Below are positions 49,130 through 61,875 of a DNA stretch of 64,000 nucleotides, piece by piece. Source of the stretch: Macrostomum hystrix. Taxonomy: Eukaryota; Animalia; Platyhelminthes. Made by a program: the position numbers and the translations under genes. Positions within the stretch are counted from its first letter, which is position 1, and each line of letters opens with the position of its first letter. Below the pieces are notes generated by a model, which did no database searches, was not told where the DNA came from, and was given only the letters and a program-made list of their open reading frames with translations. Where the stretch lies: NCBI GenBank assembly GCA_950097015.1, contig CATNEN010000008.1, positions 2,046,001 to 2,110,000 on the forward strand, in the 5' to 3' direction.

Positions 49130-50480
49130 ATAAAGAGAGTTGATAGAGTAATGGTGAGAGTTGATAGAGTAATGGTGAGAGTTGATAGAGTAATGGTGAG
49201 AGTTGATAGAGTAATGGTGAGAGTTGATAGAGTAATGGTGAGAGTTGATAGAGTAATGGTGAGAGTTGATAAAGAAATAGTGAGAGTTGATAGAGTAATG
49301 GTGAGAGTTGATAGAGTAATGGTGAGAGTTGATAGAGTAATGGTGAGAGTTGATAGAGTAATGGTGAGAGTTGATAGAGTAATGGTGAGAGTTGATAGAG
49401 TAATGGTGAGAGTTGATAGAGTAATGGTGAGAGTTGATAGAGTAATGGTGAGAGTTGATAAAGAAATAGTGAGAGTTGATCGAAAAATTGTGAGAGTTGA
49501 TAGAGAAATGAAGAGAGCTGATAGAGAAATAGTAAGAGTTAATAGAGACATGAAGAGAGTCGATGGAGAGAGAGTTGATAGAGAAATGGAGAGAGTTGAT
49601 AGAGAAATGGAGAGAGTTGATAGAGAAATGGAGAGAGTTGATAGAGAAATGAAGAGACTTGGTAGAGAAATGGAGAGAGTTGATAGAGAAATGGAGAGAT
49701 TTGATAGAGAAATGGAGAGAGTTGATTGAGAAATGGAGAGAGTTGATAGAGAAATGGAGAGAGTTGATAGAGAAATGGAGAGAGTTGATAGAGAAATGAA
49801 GAGAGTTGATAGAGAAATGAATAGAGTCGATAGAGAAATGAAGAGAGTTGATAGAGAAATGAATAGAGTCGATAGAGAAATGGAGAGAGTTGATAGAGAA
49901 ATGGAGAGAGTTGATAGAGAAATGAAGAGAGTTGATAGAGAAATGAATAGAGTCGATAGAGAAATGAAGAGAGTTGATAGAGAAATGAATAGAGTCGATA
50001 GAGAAATGGAGAGAGTTGATTGAGAAATGGAGAGAGTTGATAGAGAAATGGAGAGAGTTGATAGAGAAATGGAGAGAGTTGATAGAGAAATGCAGAGAGT
50101 TGATAGAGAAATGCAGAGAGTTGATAGAGAAATGCAGAGAGTTGATAGAGAAATGCAGAGAGCTGATAGAGAAATGCAGAGACTTGGTAGAGAAATGGAG
50201 AGAGTTGATAGAGAAATGCAGAGAGCTGATAGAGAAATGCAGAGAGTTGATAGAGAAATGCAGAGAGTTGATAGAGAAATGCAGAGAGTTGATAGAGAAA
50301 TGCAGAGAGTTGATAGAGAAATGGAGAGAGTTGATAGAGAAATGCAGAGAGCTGATAGAGAAATGCAGAGACTTGGTAGAGAAATGGAGAGAGTTGATAG
50401 AGTAATGGAGAGAGTTGGTAGACAATTGGAGAGAGTTAATAGAGTAATGGAGAGGGTTGATAGAGAAATGTAGAGAGATG
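49130..50480. repeat. Minisatellite, 21 bp unit (GAGAGTTGATAGAGAAATG(G/C/A)A / GAGAGTTGATAGAGTAATGGT)
   Basis: About 64 tandem copies in variant blocks. Confidence 0.96.
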
Positions 50481-51984
50481 ATGAGAAATATATTTTTTCT
50501 CTTTACGTGGCTAGATAATCAAAAAGCGTGAGACAATCTAATAAGCAAGGCAAGATTAGGATTTTGTTGCACAAGCAAGCAAACATTTTTTCGTTAAAAT
50601 GTTTTTTCTGTTTTCATTTTAGTGAAAAACTGACACTGCACAGAAAATAAGGGAGAATAATATAGAAGATGACTACCCGCTTTTTGTCTGTTTAGGGAAA
50701 TTCCCAGTTTTCTTTTACTTCCCTTTTTAAGCGCTTGCTGTTAAGCGTGACTATGGTGAAGAGACTCAGCTGGTAAAGAAACGGTTGCTAAGCAAATTCG
50801 CAGCCAATCTATGCCTTACTCAATAGACAGGGCAATTTTCGCACGATTTCCCTTGTTTGAAGCCTCTAATTATTTTGCTGCAAAAGGAGAGGGCTCATCC
50901 GTTTATCTCTGTCCCTATTTTCTCCTGTGGCCATTTATTTGGGCTTGCGAGTTCATCGGGGTCCTGTGATTTTCCTGCAAAAGAAGAAGTGTTTATTGTA
51001 TAATTAGTAGCCAAGCCATAGAAGATACTCAGATATTTGTCGAAGCAATTTTTATAAGGCGAAATTGATTGCGGACAGGTGTGTGAGTCTCGCCCCATCC
51101 ATCCCGGAAAAATCGACTAATTCTTTTTATTGGCTTTCAGTATGATTCATTGGGGCCTGTACAAAACCTATATACAACCCATATCTATAGCCTTATCCAT
51201 AGACAAAACATGTCAATTATCTTACCCATAGACAACCTACTTAAAATGGCCTTACCCATATAGACAAATCGTGTCTATAACCTTTACCATAGACATCCTA
51301 AATCTGTGGTCTTGTCCATAGACAACGTACGTCGTTTAACTGTTAATAAAAGTCGGTCTTTAATATCCTGAAGGTTAGTATAACATAGTTTTGTAAATAT
51401 CCTGCAATGGATTTAAGCCTTGCCTAATATTGTCTGAGAAATTTCATTTGTGTTTTTTAATTTGTAAAAGATACAATCGAATAGATAAAGCTTATGGATT
51501 ATGTAGATAAATCCATATTGTATTTCATCCAAGCAAGCGTCATATTGGATTACTATTCGCATAAAAGATATTTTCCTTTGTTATAGACCACACAAATAAG
51601 ATCCAGTGCTTCTTGAATGATTCTCGCGTGTTTTTGTTTTTGCCCAAGGTCTAGAATCGATTTATCTCTAAGGCAAAAGAAGACACACCCATACATTGTC
51701 TTTTATTATTAATGTATCTTATTAATGTATACCTATAAGATTGCCAACTGATTATATCAGTTGGCAATGCAACAGAAACTTATTATTAATGTATTACAGA
51801 GTGTGAGGTGAAAATCACCACCTTTTGTTGTTCTGATGCTTAGACTTGGCGGAGATGATAAAATCACTTTGCTAAACTAATTATTATAATGGATTTCCTG
51901 TGACAATGAGACAGAAAGTAGGAGAGAGTTTTGCTTTAAATATATTGATTGTGTTAACTGACTACAGTGCATTAGAGAATTGAT

Positions 51985-52735
51985 GAGATTGGGATAAATG
52001 AACGAGTGTTCAAGATAGACAATAATGAGATTGGATAAATGAACGAGTGCTCAAGATAGACAATGATGAGAATGGGATAAATAAACGAGTGCTCAAGATG
52101 GACAATGATGAGATTGAGATAAATAAACGAGTGCTCAAGATGGACAATGATGAGATTGGGATAAATAAACGAGTGTTCAAGATACACAATGATGAGATTG
52201 GGATAAATGAACGAGTGCTCAAGATAGACAATGATGAGATTGGGATAAATGAACGAGTGCTCAAGATAGACAATGATGAGATTGGGATAAATGAACGAGT
52301 GTTCAAGATAGACAATGATGAGATTGGGATAAATGAACGAGTGTTCAAGATAGATAATGGTGAGATAGGGATAAATGAACGAGTGTTTAAGATAGAAAAT
52401 GATGAGATTGGGATAAATGAACGAGTGTTCAAGATGGACAATGATGAGAAAGGGATAAATGAACGCGTGTTCAAGATAGATAATGGTGAGATAGGGATAA
52501 ATGAACGAGTGTTTAAGATAGAAAATGATGAGATTGGGATAAATGAACGAGTGTTCAAGATGGACAATGATGAGAAAGGGATAAATGAACGAGTGTTCAA
52601 GATAGATAATGGTGAGATAGGGATAAATGAACGAGTGTTTAAGATAGAAAATGATGAGATTGGGATAAATGAACGAGTGTTCAAGATGGACAATGATGAG
52701 ATAGGGATAAATGAACGCGTGTTCAAGATAGACAG
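51985..52735. repeat. Minisatellite, 42 bp unit (GATAGACAATGATGAGATTGGGATAAATGAACGAGTGTTCAA), ~18 copies, with a 126 bp trimer higher-order repeat
   Basis: Tandem units; three-unit variant pattern repeated three times at ~52330-52700. Confidence 0.95.
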
Positions 52736-53084
52736 TAAGAGATAGATGCATATATATATATACATCGAGATATATATAATGAAAAATAGTTTTTGTATTT
52801 TTTCGTAAATTTTAGAGGCCTGACATGCGTGGCATTGATTTTTCTATTCCAAATTATTATTCATACATCAGTTGAGTAATAGTGCAGAAATTTTCCCGAC
52901 TAAGCGCAAAAACAATAGGAAATGGAAATGCGCTTTGGGGACAGGGCCCAATGGGATGGGAGACTGTTTGGTGTCTGCTTGCGTATTTGAATGGGGAGTC
53001 AAATACTCCATGAGCAGATGCTGGATGAGCTACGACTGGGATTCTGTGAGCTGGGATTAATTAAAGAGGAAAATAATAGAGTCG

Positions 53085-53580
53085 AGTGAAGTGGAGACAG
53101 ATGAGAGAAGCGGGAAAGAGCAGAGAAGAGAGACGTGAAAAAACAATGGAGACGGAAGCGAAGAGAGAGAAGTGAGGAGAGATAAGATAAGAGATGAGAG
53201 AGAAATTGACGAGACGAGATAGAAGAGATAAGAGACGAGATAGAAGAGATAAGAGACGAGATAGAAGAGATAAGTGACGAGATAGAAGATATAAGAGACG
53301 AGATAGAAGAGATAAGAGACGAGAGAGAAGAGATAAGAGACGAGAGAGAAGAGAGAAGAGACGAGAGAGAAGAGAGAAGAGACGAGAGAGAAGAGATAAG
53401 AGATAAGAGACGAGATAGAAGAGATAAGAGACGAGAGAGAAGAGAGAAGAGATAAGAGACGAGAGAGAAGAGATAAGAAACGAGAGAGAAGAGAGAAGAG
53501 ACAAGAGAGAAACAGAAGAGATGAGGGAAATAGAAGAGACTAGATAGAAGGGGAGAGGGTAGAAAAGAGGAGAGAGTGGA
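53085..53580. repeat. Purine-rich minisatellite, ~21 bp unit (AGAAGAGATAAGAGACGAGAT)
   Basis: Tandem units with degenerate ends. Confidence 0.9.
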
Positions 53581-54264
53581 GACAATATAGAAATGAGACA
53601 AGTGCCTTATAGTATGCGGGAGCCCCTATGGCAGCTAAAATATTGATCAGGCTGCGAAAATATCGAAAAGCAACAGAGAACTGCATATTGTGACTTAGTC
53701 AATTCAGGTGAATCGAATCAGGTAGTATTATTGGGCCTTGACAGGACTGGCTGTGGGGTGGCACCGACAGACTCAGTTTGGTTGAATCCAGATGAATGCA
53801 GTGCGATAATTTTCTGCTCTGAACGGAAGTCTGCTTGATTTTTAGCATGCCTTTTGTCTGTTTCATTGTCTTCTTTATCTCCGTCTCGAAATTTTGTAGT
53901 GGAACTGAGGATTTCAATAGGGATTCAATGGGGATTGAGTGGGGATTGATATTGTTGGCTTTTGCGAGGCTTATTATCTAGCTGTGATATCAGCTCCCCA
54001 CGAATTGATCAGTGAGAAGTGACTTTTCTGCTTTAAAAATGTTGTTGCATTTTAAAATTCTCACTCTATCCAATTTTCCTGATCAATTGTCAAATTGTAA
54101 AAAAAGGCTTTTCTTATCGATTTTTAAACCCCTCGTAATTTTTTTACGACGTTCCGGTCTATGCCTGCTTTCAATTTTTAGGGGCGTTAAAGTTAAACGT
54201 TTCATTAAAATGTGGACATTAAAGTAAGCTATATTTTGTCATTATTTAAGTTCCTAAATTGTCC

Positions 54265-54960
54265 TTTATCAACTGTCCTTCATCAACTGTCCTTCACCAA
54301 CTGTCCTTCATCAACTGTCCTTCATTAACAGTCTAGCCTCACCTGTACATTCTCACCTGTACATCCTCACCTATACATCTTCAACTGTACATCCTCACCT
54401 ATACATCTTCACCTGTACATCCTCACCTATACATCTTCAACTGTACATCCTCACCTATACATCTTCAACTGTACATCCTCACCTATACATCTTCAACTGT
54501 ACATCCTCACCTGTACATCCTCACCTATACATCTTCAACTGTACATCCTCACCTATACATCTTCAACTGTACATCCTCACCTGTACATCCTCACCTATAC
54601 ATCTTCAACTGTACATCCTCACCTATACATCTTCAACTGTACATCCTCACCTATACATCTTCAACTGTACATCCTCACCTGTACATCCTCACCTGTAAAT
54701 CCTCACCTATACATCCTCACCTGTACATCCTCACCTGTACATCCTCACCTATAAATCTTCAACTGTACATCCTCACCTGTACATCATCACCTGTACATCC
54801 TCACCTGTACATCCTCACCTGTACATCCTCACCTATAAATCTTCAACTGTACATCCTCACCTGTACATCATCACCTGTACATCCTCACCTGTATATCCAC
54901 AAGTGTACATCCTCACCTGGACATCCTCACCTGTACATCCTCATTTGTATATCCTACCTG
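54265..54960. repeat. Minisatellite, 14 bp unit (TGTACATCCTCACC) with 28 bp dimers
   Basis: Tandem units. Confidence 0.95.
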
Positions 54961-55531
54961 TTCTTCCCGGTTTTCCTTTCAAGTCTTTATCCCTTATCAG
55001 TTAGACATTTTTTCCGCATTTCCACAGCTGATAACATGCCCCACCCCAAATCTTCTGTAATTAGATGCGCAACACCTCCTAATTTATGGTGGCAAAAAGA
55101 TTACTTAATTAGCATAACATGCTACTGCCGCTGTCACCGTCAGGGCGAGCACAAACTCACTAGGATAGAAAATGGGCTTAGGAATTATCAAACAGATTGA
55201 TAAAGAGGCATATAATGGGAATGTGACACAGAGAGAAACAGAGGGAGAGGGTGAGGCAAAGTAGATGCTAAGGGAGTGGCTGCCCAGAGTAGGATTCGTT
55301 TTTTTTACCTAACACCCACCCCACCTCCGCGCAGGCGTATTTAATAAAACTATCGCGAGACGAGCCGCTCCATCCCTCTTCTATTCTGATTTCTATCGAC
55401 TAATTCTTGAGTCCAAGCACGGGTAAGCCTGTGGTTTTTGTGAATTTTGTTTAAAAGAAGTCTTATTGAAAAAAGACAGAGGCCGACAAATTCACTAATG
55501 GTCAACTGCTTAGCTGAGAATTAACACTTGT

Positions 55532-55564
<33 letters not shown>

Positions 55565-55864
55565 AGCAGTTGCACCACTAGTGCAACTGTCTTTGATTTG
55601 GCCGTAACCATCAGAAACCAAAATTTTCCAACTGTGCATTTCTTTATTTATTTTTCATTGCCAAAGTTTTCAATTTCTGAAGTAAAAAATCTGGACATTG
55701 TTTGCTATAGAAAACAGCAGGCATAAAAAACTTATTTACACGAAAAATCATTCCTTATTGCAGCAATATGGCTTGGAAAGAGTCAATGAAGTTTACACTT
55801 AGGGTAAAAGTATTGAATTTCTGTAGATTAACATAAAAAAATTGTAACCCTAACCTTTTTTACA

Positions 55865-57885
55865 CCTCCTCTCTCTGTGTCTCACTCTCAATCTCCCCTC
55901 TCTGTGTCTCACTCTCAATCTCACCTCTCTGTGTCTCACTCTCAATATCCCCTCTCTGTGTCTCACTCTCAATCTCCCCTCTCTGTGTCTCACTCTCAAT
56001 CTCCCCTCTCTGTGTCTCACTCTCAATCTCCCCTCTCTGTGTCTCACTCTCAATCTCACCTCTCTGTGTCTCACTCTCAATCTCCCCTCTCTGTGTCACT
56101 CTCAATCTCCCCTCTCTGTGTCACTCTCAATCTCCCCTCTCTGTGTCTCACTCTCAATCTCCCCTCTCTGTGTCTCACTCTCAATCTCCCCTCTCTGTGT
56201 CTCACTCTCAATCTCCCCTCTCTGTGTCTCACTCTCAATCTCCCCTCTCTGTGTCTCACTCTCAATCTCCCCTCTCTGTGTCTCACTCTCAATCTCCCCT
56301 CTCTGTGTCTCACTCTCAATCTCCCCTCTCTGTATCTCACTCTCAATCTCACCTCTCTGTATCTCACTCTCAATCTCACCTCTCTGTGTCTCACTCTCAA
56401 TCTCCCCTCTCTGTGTCTCACTCTCAATCTCCCCTCTCTGTGTCTCACTCTCAATCTCCCCTCTCTGTGTCTCACTCTCAATCTCCCCTCTCTGTGTCTC
56501 ACTCTCAATCTCCCCTCTCTGTGTCTCACTCTCAATCTCCCCTCTCTGTATCTCACTCTCAATCTCACCTCTCTGTGTCTCACTCTCAATCTCCCCTCTC
56601 TGTGTCTCACTCTCAATCTCCCCTCTCTGTGTCTCACTCTCAATCTCCCCTCTCTGTGTCACTCTCAATCTCCCCTCTCTGTGTCTCACTCTCAATCTCC
56701 CCTCTCTGTGTCTCACTCTCAATCTCCCCTCTCTGTGTCTCACTCTCAATCTCCCCTCTCTGTGTCTCACTCTCAATCTCCCCTCTCTGTGTCTCACTCT
56801 CAATCTCCCCTCTCTGTGTCTCACTCTCAATCTCCCCTCTCTGTGTCTCACTCTCAATCTCCCCTCTCTGTGTCTCACTCTCAATCTCCCCTCTCTGTGT
56901 CACTCTCAATCTCCCCTCTCTGTGTCTCACTCTCAATCTCCCCTCTCTGTGTCTCACTCTCAATCTCCCCTCTCTGTGTCACTCTCAATCTCCCCTCTCT
57001 GTGTCTCACTCTCAATCTCCCCTCTCTGTGTCTCACCCTCAATCTCCTCTCTCTGTGTCTCACTCTCAATCTCACCTCTCTGTGTCTCACTCTCAATCTC
57101 CCCTCTCTGTGTCACTCTCAATCTCCCCTCTCTGTGTCACTCTCAATCTCCCCTCTCTGTGTCTTACTCTCAATCTCCCCTCTCTGTGTCTCACTCTCAA
57201 CCTCCCCTCTCTGTGTCTCACTCTCAATCTCCCCTCTCTGTGTCTCACTCTCAATCTCCCCTCTCTGTGTCACTCTCAATCTCCCCTCTCTGTGTCTCAC
57301 TCTCAATCTCCCCTCTCTGTGTCTCACTCTCAATCTCCCCTCTCTGTGTCTCACTCTCAATCTCCCCTCTCTGTGTCTCACTCTCAATCTCCCCTCTCTG
57401 TGTCTCACTCTCAATCTCCCCTCTCTGTGTCTCACTCTCAATCTCCCCTCTCTGTGTCTCACTCTCAATCTCCCCTCTCTGTGTCTCACTCTCAATCTCC
57501 CCTCTCTGTGTCTCACTCTCAATCTCCCCTCTCTGTGTCTCACTCTCAATCTCCCCTCTCTGTGTCACTCTCAATCTCCCCTCTCTGTGTCTCACTCTCA
57601 ATCTCCCCTCTCTGTGTCTCACTCTCAATCTCCCCTCTCTGTGTCTCACTCTCAATCTCCCCTCTCTGTGTCTCACTCTCAATCTCCCCTCTCTGTGTCT
57701 CACTCTCAATCTCCCCTCTCTGTGTCTCACTCTCAATCTCCCCTCTCTGTGTCTCACTCTCAATCTCCCCTCTCTGTGTCTCACTCTCAATCTCACCTCT
57801 CTGTGTCTCACTCTCAATCTCCCCTCTCTGTGTCTCACTCTCAATCTCCCCTCTCTGTGTCTCACTCTCAATCTCCCCTCCTTCT
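55865..57885. repeat. Pyrimidine-rich minisatellite, 27 bp unit (TCTCACTCTCAATCTCCCCTCTCTGTG) with 25 bp variants, ~75 copies
   Basis: Highly homogeneous tandem units; explains ORFs 55850-58052. Confidence 0.98.
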
Positions 57886-58094
57886 CAATTTTCATTCCAA
57901 CTTCTCCAGGGTTTCCATTTAGGCTAATTTCCTTTTTTAACTACAATAGCGTTTTATTAGACTTTCCAGAAAAAATCAATTCGCAAACTAATTTCCTAAA
58001 AACAGAACAAAAAAACAAACGGAAAAAATCACTAAATAATTCCCAGATTTAAAGCCGCTCTCTATCCGTCAAACACTCTGATTCTACTCCGTTT

Positions 58095-58190
58095 CTACTC
58101 GATATAAACATCTAGTAGTTTCATGAGCAGCAGACCTCGAGACTTGATGTAGGCCACAAACTCCTTGCGTTCAATGCGTTCATTTCCGTC
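58095..58190 (-). CDS. NCS-like EF-hand protein, exon 5 (terminal): completes EF4
   Basis: Acceptor ttttttcag|GAC; DGNERIERKEFVAYIKSRGLLLMKLLDVYIE then TAG. Confidence 0.88.
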   Translation of the reverse strand, partial: DGNERIERKEFVAYIKSRGLLLMKLLDVYIE

Positions 58191-58227
58191 CTGAAAAAAA
58201 GAAGAAATCTATAAACGGTTGCTACAC

Positions 58228-58380
58228 ACTTACCTCACCTCTCCTCTCCTCTCGTCTCCTCTGCTCTCCTCTCCTCTCCTCTCCTCTCCTCTCCTCTCCT
58301 CTCCTCTCCTCTCCTCTCCTCTCCTCTCATCTCCTCTCATCTCCTCTTCTATCCTCCCCTCTCCTCCGCTCCCCTCTCCC
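58228..58380. repeat. Intronic (CTCTC)n microsatellite
   Basis: Fills most of NCS-like intron 4. Confidence 0.92.
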
Positions 58381-58391
58381 AGTCGCCTCAC

Positions 58392-58552
58392 CAAGTCCAT
58401 CTCGTTGAACACGGTGTCAATGTCGGTGTCCAACAGGCGGGTCGTGTCGTCCATCAGATAGGACCGGGCGTGCAACAAATCAATATAGAAATCGCGCAAT
58501 TCCCGCCTATCGATCATTCCGCTTCTGTCTCGATCGATCACGTCGAAAATCA
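58392..58552 (-). CDS. NCS-like EF-hand protein, exon 4: EF3 and start of EF4
   Basis: Acceptor aaatttcag|, phase 1; IFDVIDRDRSGMIDRREL is a canonical EF loop; donor TTG|gtgagg. Confidence 0.92.
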
Positions 58553-58667
58553 CTGAAATTTGGCGTCATTTTTAACTTTTACTCATCATTCAAACATCGA
58601 TGTACTCATAGCCTGAAAGTTCATTATAAAAATCTCTATAAAATAGAGAAATAAGTAAGAAACTCAC

Positions 58668-58836
58668 GATGCACTTTGCACGACAACGGGAATCTGCTGA
58701 GCAGAATAAAATATCTGCAGAATTCTATCAGGTCCAATTGACCATCGCCATTTGTGTCCAACACGTGGAACAGTGTGCTCACCATAGCATCATTGTAATT
58801 GTGCATGTTCATCATTTCCAGGAAGTCTTTGAAGTC
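58668..58836 (-). CDS. NCS-like EF-hand protein, exon 3: EF2
   Basis: Acceptor ttttcgcag|; LFHVLDTNGDGQLDLIEF is a canonical EF loop; donor C|gtgagt. Confidence 0.92.
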
Positions 58837-58899
58837 CTGCGAAAATTTACATTTCTAATCTCATGCCGACAGATTCAGTAGCTCTGTGTGCCCCCGTCT

Positions 58900-61030
58900 T
58901 TCTCCCCTATATGCCCCCCTCATCTGTCTCCCCTCTCTGCCCCCTCATCTGTCTCCCCTCTCTGCCCCCTCATCTGTCTCCCCTCTCTGCCCCCTTATCT
59001 GTCTCCCCTCTCTGCCCCCCTCATCTGTCTCCCCTCTCTGCCCCCTCATCTATCTCCCTTCTCTGCCCCCTCATCTGTCTCCCCTCTTTGCCCCCTCATC
59101 TGTCTCTCCTCTCTGCCCGCCTCATCTGTCTCCCCTCTCTGCCCCCTCATCTGTCTCCCCTCTCTGCCCGCCTCATCTGTCTCCCCTCTCTGCCCGCCTC
59201 ATCTGTCTCCCCTCTCTGCCCCCCTCATCTGTCTCTCCTCTCTGCCCCCTCATCTGTCTCCCTTCTCTGCCCCCCTCATCTGTCTCCCTTCTCTGCCCCT
59301 CATCTGTTTCCCCTCTCTGCCCGCCTCATCTGTCTCCCCTCTCTGCCCCCTCATCTGTCTCCCCTCTCTGCCCCCCTCATCTATCTCCCTTCTCTGCCCC
59401 CTCATCTGTCTCCCCTCTTTGCCCCCTCATCTGTCTCTCCTCTCTGCCCGCCTCATCTGTCTCCCCTCTCTGCCCCCTCATCTGTCTCCCCTCTCTGCCC
59501 GCCTCATCTGTCTCCCCTCTCTGCCCGCCTCATCTGTCTCCCCTCTCTGCCCCCCTCATCTGTCTCTCCTCTCTGCCCCCTCATCTGTCTCCCTTCTCTG
59601 CCCCCCTCATCTGTTTCCCTTCTCTGCCCCCTCATCTGTTTCCCCTCTCTGCCCGCCTCATCTGTCTCCCCTCTCTGCCCCCCTCATCTGTCTCTCCTCT
59701 CTGCCCCCTCATCTGTCTCCCTTCTCTGCCCCCCTCATCTGTCTCCCTTCTCTGCCCCCTCATCTTTCTCCTCTCTCTGTCCCCTTTATCTGTTTCCCCT
59801 CTCTGCCCCCCTCATCTGTCTCCCCTCTCTGCCCCCTCATCTGTCTCCCCTCTCTGCCCCCCTCATCTGTCTCTCCTCTCTGCCCCCTCATCTGTCTCCC
59901 CTCTCTGCCCGCCTCATCTGTCTCCCCTCTCTGCCCCCCTCATCTGTCTCTCCTCTCTGCCCCCTCATCTGTCTCCCCTCTCTGCCCCCTCATCTTTCTC
60001 CTCTCTCTGTCCCCTTTATCTGTTTCCCCTCTCTGCCCCCTCATCTGTCTCCCCTCTCTGCCCCCTCATCTGTCTCCCCTCTCTGCCCGCCTCATCTGTC
60101 TCCCCACTCTGCCCCCCTCATCTGTCTCTTCTCTCTGCCCCCTCATCTGTCTCCCTTCTCTGCCCCCTCATCTTTCTCCTTATCTGTCCCCTTTATCTGT
60201 TTCCCCTCTCTGCCCCCTCATCTGTCTCCCCTCTCTGCCCCCCTCATCTGTCTCTCCTCTCTGCCCCCTCATCTGTCTCCCCTCTCTGCCCCCTCATCTC
60301 TCTCTCCTCTCTGCCCCCTCATCTGTCTCCCCTCTCTGCACCCTCATCTTTCTCCTCTCTCTGTCCCCTTTATCTGTTTCCCCTCTCTGCCCCCTCATCT
60401 GTCTCCCCTCTCTGCCCCCTCATCTGTCTCCCCTCTCTGCCCGCCTCATCTGTCTCCCCTCTCTGCCCCCCTCATCTGTCTCTCCTCTCTGCCCCCTCAT
60501 CTGTCTCCCTTCTCTGCCCCCTCATCTATCTCCTTATCTGTCCCCTTTATCTGTCTCCCCTCTCTGCCCCCTCATCTGTCTCCCCTCTCTGCCCCCCTCA
60601 TCTGTCTCCCCTCTCTGCCCCCCTCATCTGTCTCCCCTCTCTGCCCCCCTCATCTGTCTCTCCTCTCTGCCCCCCTCATCTGTCTCCCCTCTCTGCCCCC
60701 TCATCTGTCTCCCCTCTCTGCCCCCCTCATCTGTCTCTCCTCTCTGCCCCCTCATCTGTCTCCCCTCTCTGCCCCCTCATCTTTCTCCTCTCTCTGTCCC
60801 CTTTATCTGTTTCCCCTCTCTGCCCCCTCATCTGTCTCCCCTCTCTGCCCCCTCATCTGTCTCCCCTCTCTGCCCCCTCATCTGTCTCCCCTCTCTGCCC
60901 GCCTCATCTGTCTCTCCTCTCTGCCCCCTCATCTGTCTCCCCTCTCTGCCCCCTCATCTTTCTCCTCTCTCTGTCCCCTTTATCTGTCTCCCCTCTCTGT
61001 CCCCTCATCTGTCTCTCCTTATCTGTCTCC
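58900..61030. repeat. Intronic pyrimidine-rich minisatellite, ~25-27 bp unit (CTCATCTGTCTCCCCTCTCTGCCCC)
   Basis: About 80 tandem copies in NCS-like intron 2; explains ORFs 58863-61280. Confidence 0.97.
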
Positions 61031-61120
61031 CGATCTCTACCCTTATATATTTTTAACTCCAAGTGCAGTTCCTGATTCTTCATCCGAAGCTACGCAGGCA
61101 ATATTTTCGGTGCCTCTCAC

Positions 61121-61200
61121 CTGTTTTCCAATGGTTTTATTTCTTCCGCGACAGAATTTCTTGAATGTCTTCCTTGCAATGCCACAGTCGGTTGTGGTCA
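61121..61200 (-). CDS. NCS-like EF-hand protein, exon 2: EF1 region
   Basis: Acceptor aaatcttcag|, phase 1; TTTDCGIARKTFKKFCRGRNKTIGKQ; donor CAG|gtgaga, phase 0 fits exon 3. Confidence 0.85.
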
Positions 61201-61374
61201 CTGAAGATTTTTTTGTTTTTTTTAATGAAAACCTGAACACACTACTGACTATTTCAATTATAAGTAGATCATCAAGCTAGAATGTTTTTATTCCATGGCG
61301 CATTGAGGTCGATTATCTTCAGATCCAGCCTTGTACTTCCTTGCTTAGCAGGGTCGATTAACCCACGGCTAACA

Positions 61375-61665
61375 AGGTCGATTATCCTAAGATTATCATA
61401 ATCGATTATACTACGATTTTAAAAGTAGATTATCCTAAGATTATAAAAGTGGATTATCCTGAGATTATCAAAGTAGATTATCCTAAGATTATCAAAGTGG
61501 ATTATCCTAAGATCATCAAATTACATTATCCTATGACTATTAAAGTACATTATCCTATGATTATCAAAGTACATTATCCTATGATTATCAAAGTACATTA
61601 TCCTATGATTATCAAAGTACATTATCCTACGATGTATTCTGATTATCAATGTCGATTATCTTACG
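61375..61665. repeat. Intronic minisatellite, 24 bp unit (ATTATCAAAGTACATTATCCTATG)
   Basis: Tandem units with degenerate ends. Confidence 0.88.
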
Positions 61666-61875
61666 ATAATCTAGAAAGTGCACAAATTCTTTGCTTTGCT
61701 GGTCAACATGCAGATTGACTATTATACCAGACGAAGTCCTAATGGCCCAGTTATAGACTAGTACACACACTGCACTGTACAACCATGCAGTATTATCCCA
61801 CGACACACTCTTCCCTAGCTTCACTCCAAAGCAATGCACTGTTATTTTGGGGTGCAAATGCATATTTTCACTTAC

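Noticed and set aside
52991-53045. MGSQILHEQMLDELRLGF|gtgagc, resembling exon 1 of the NCS-like gene (possible paralogue)
   Set aside because: No EF-hand-coding exons were found downstream on the plus strand; similarity is limited to a few residues
55850-61280. Very long ORFs (594-805 aa) on several frames
   Set aside because: They are translations of stop-free 25-27 bp tandem units, open in multiple frames and strands; 58863-61280 lies antisense within intron 2 of the NCS-like gene
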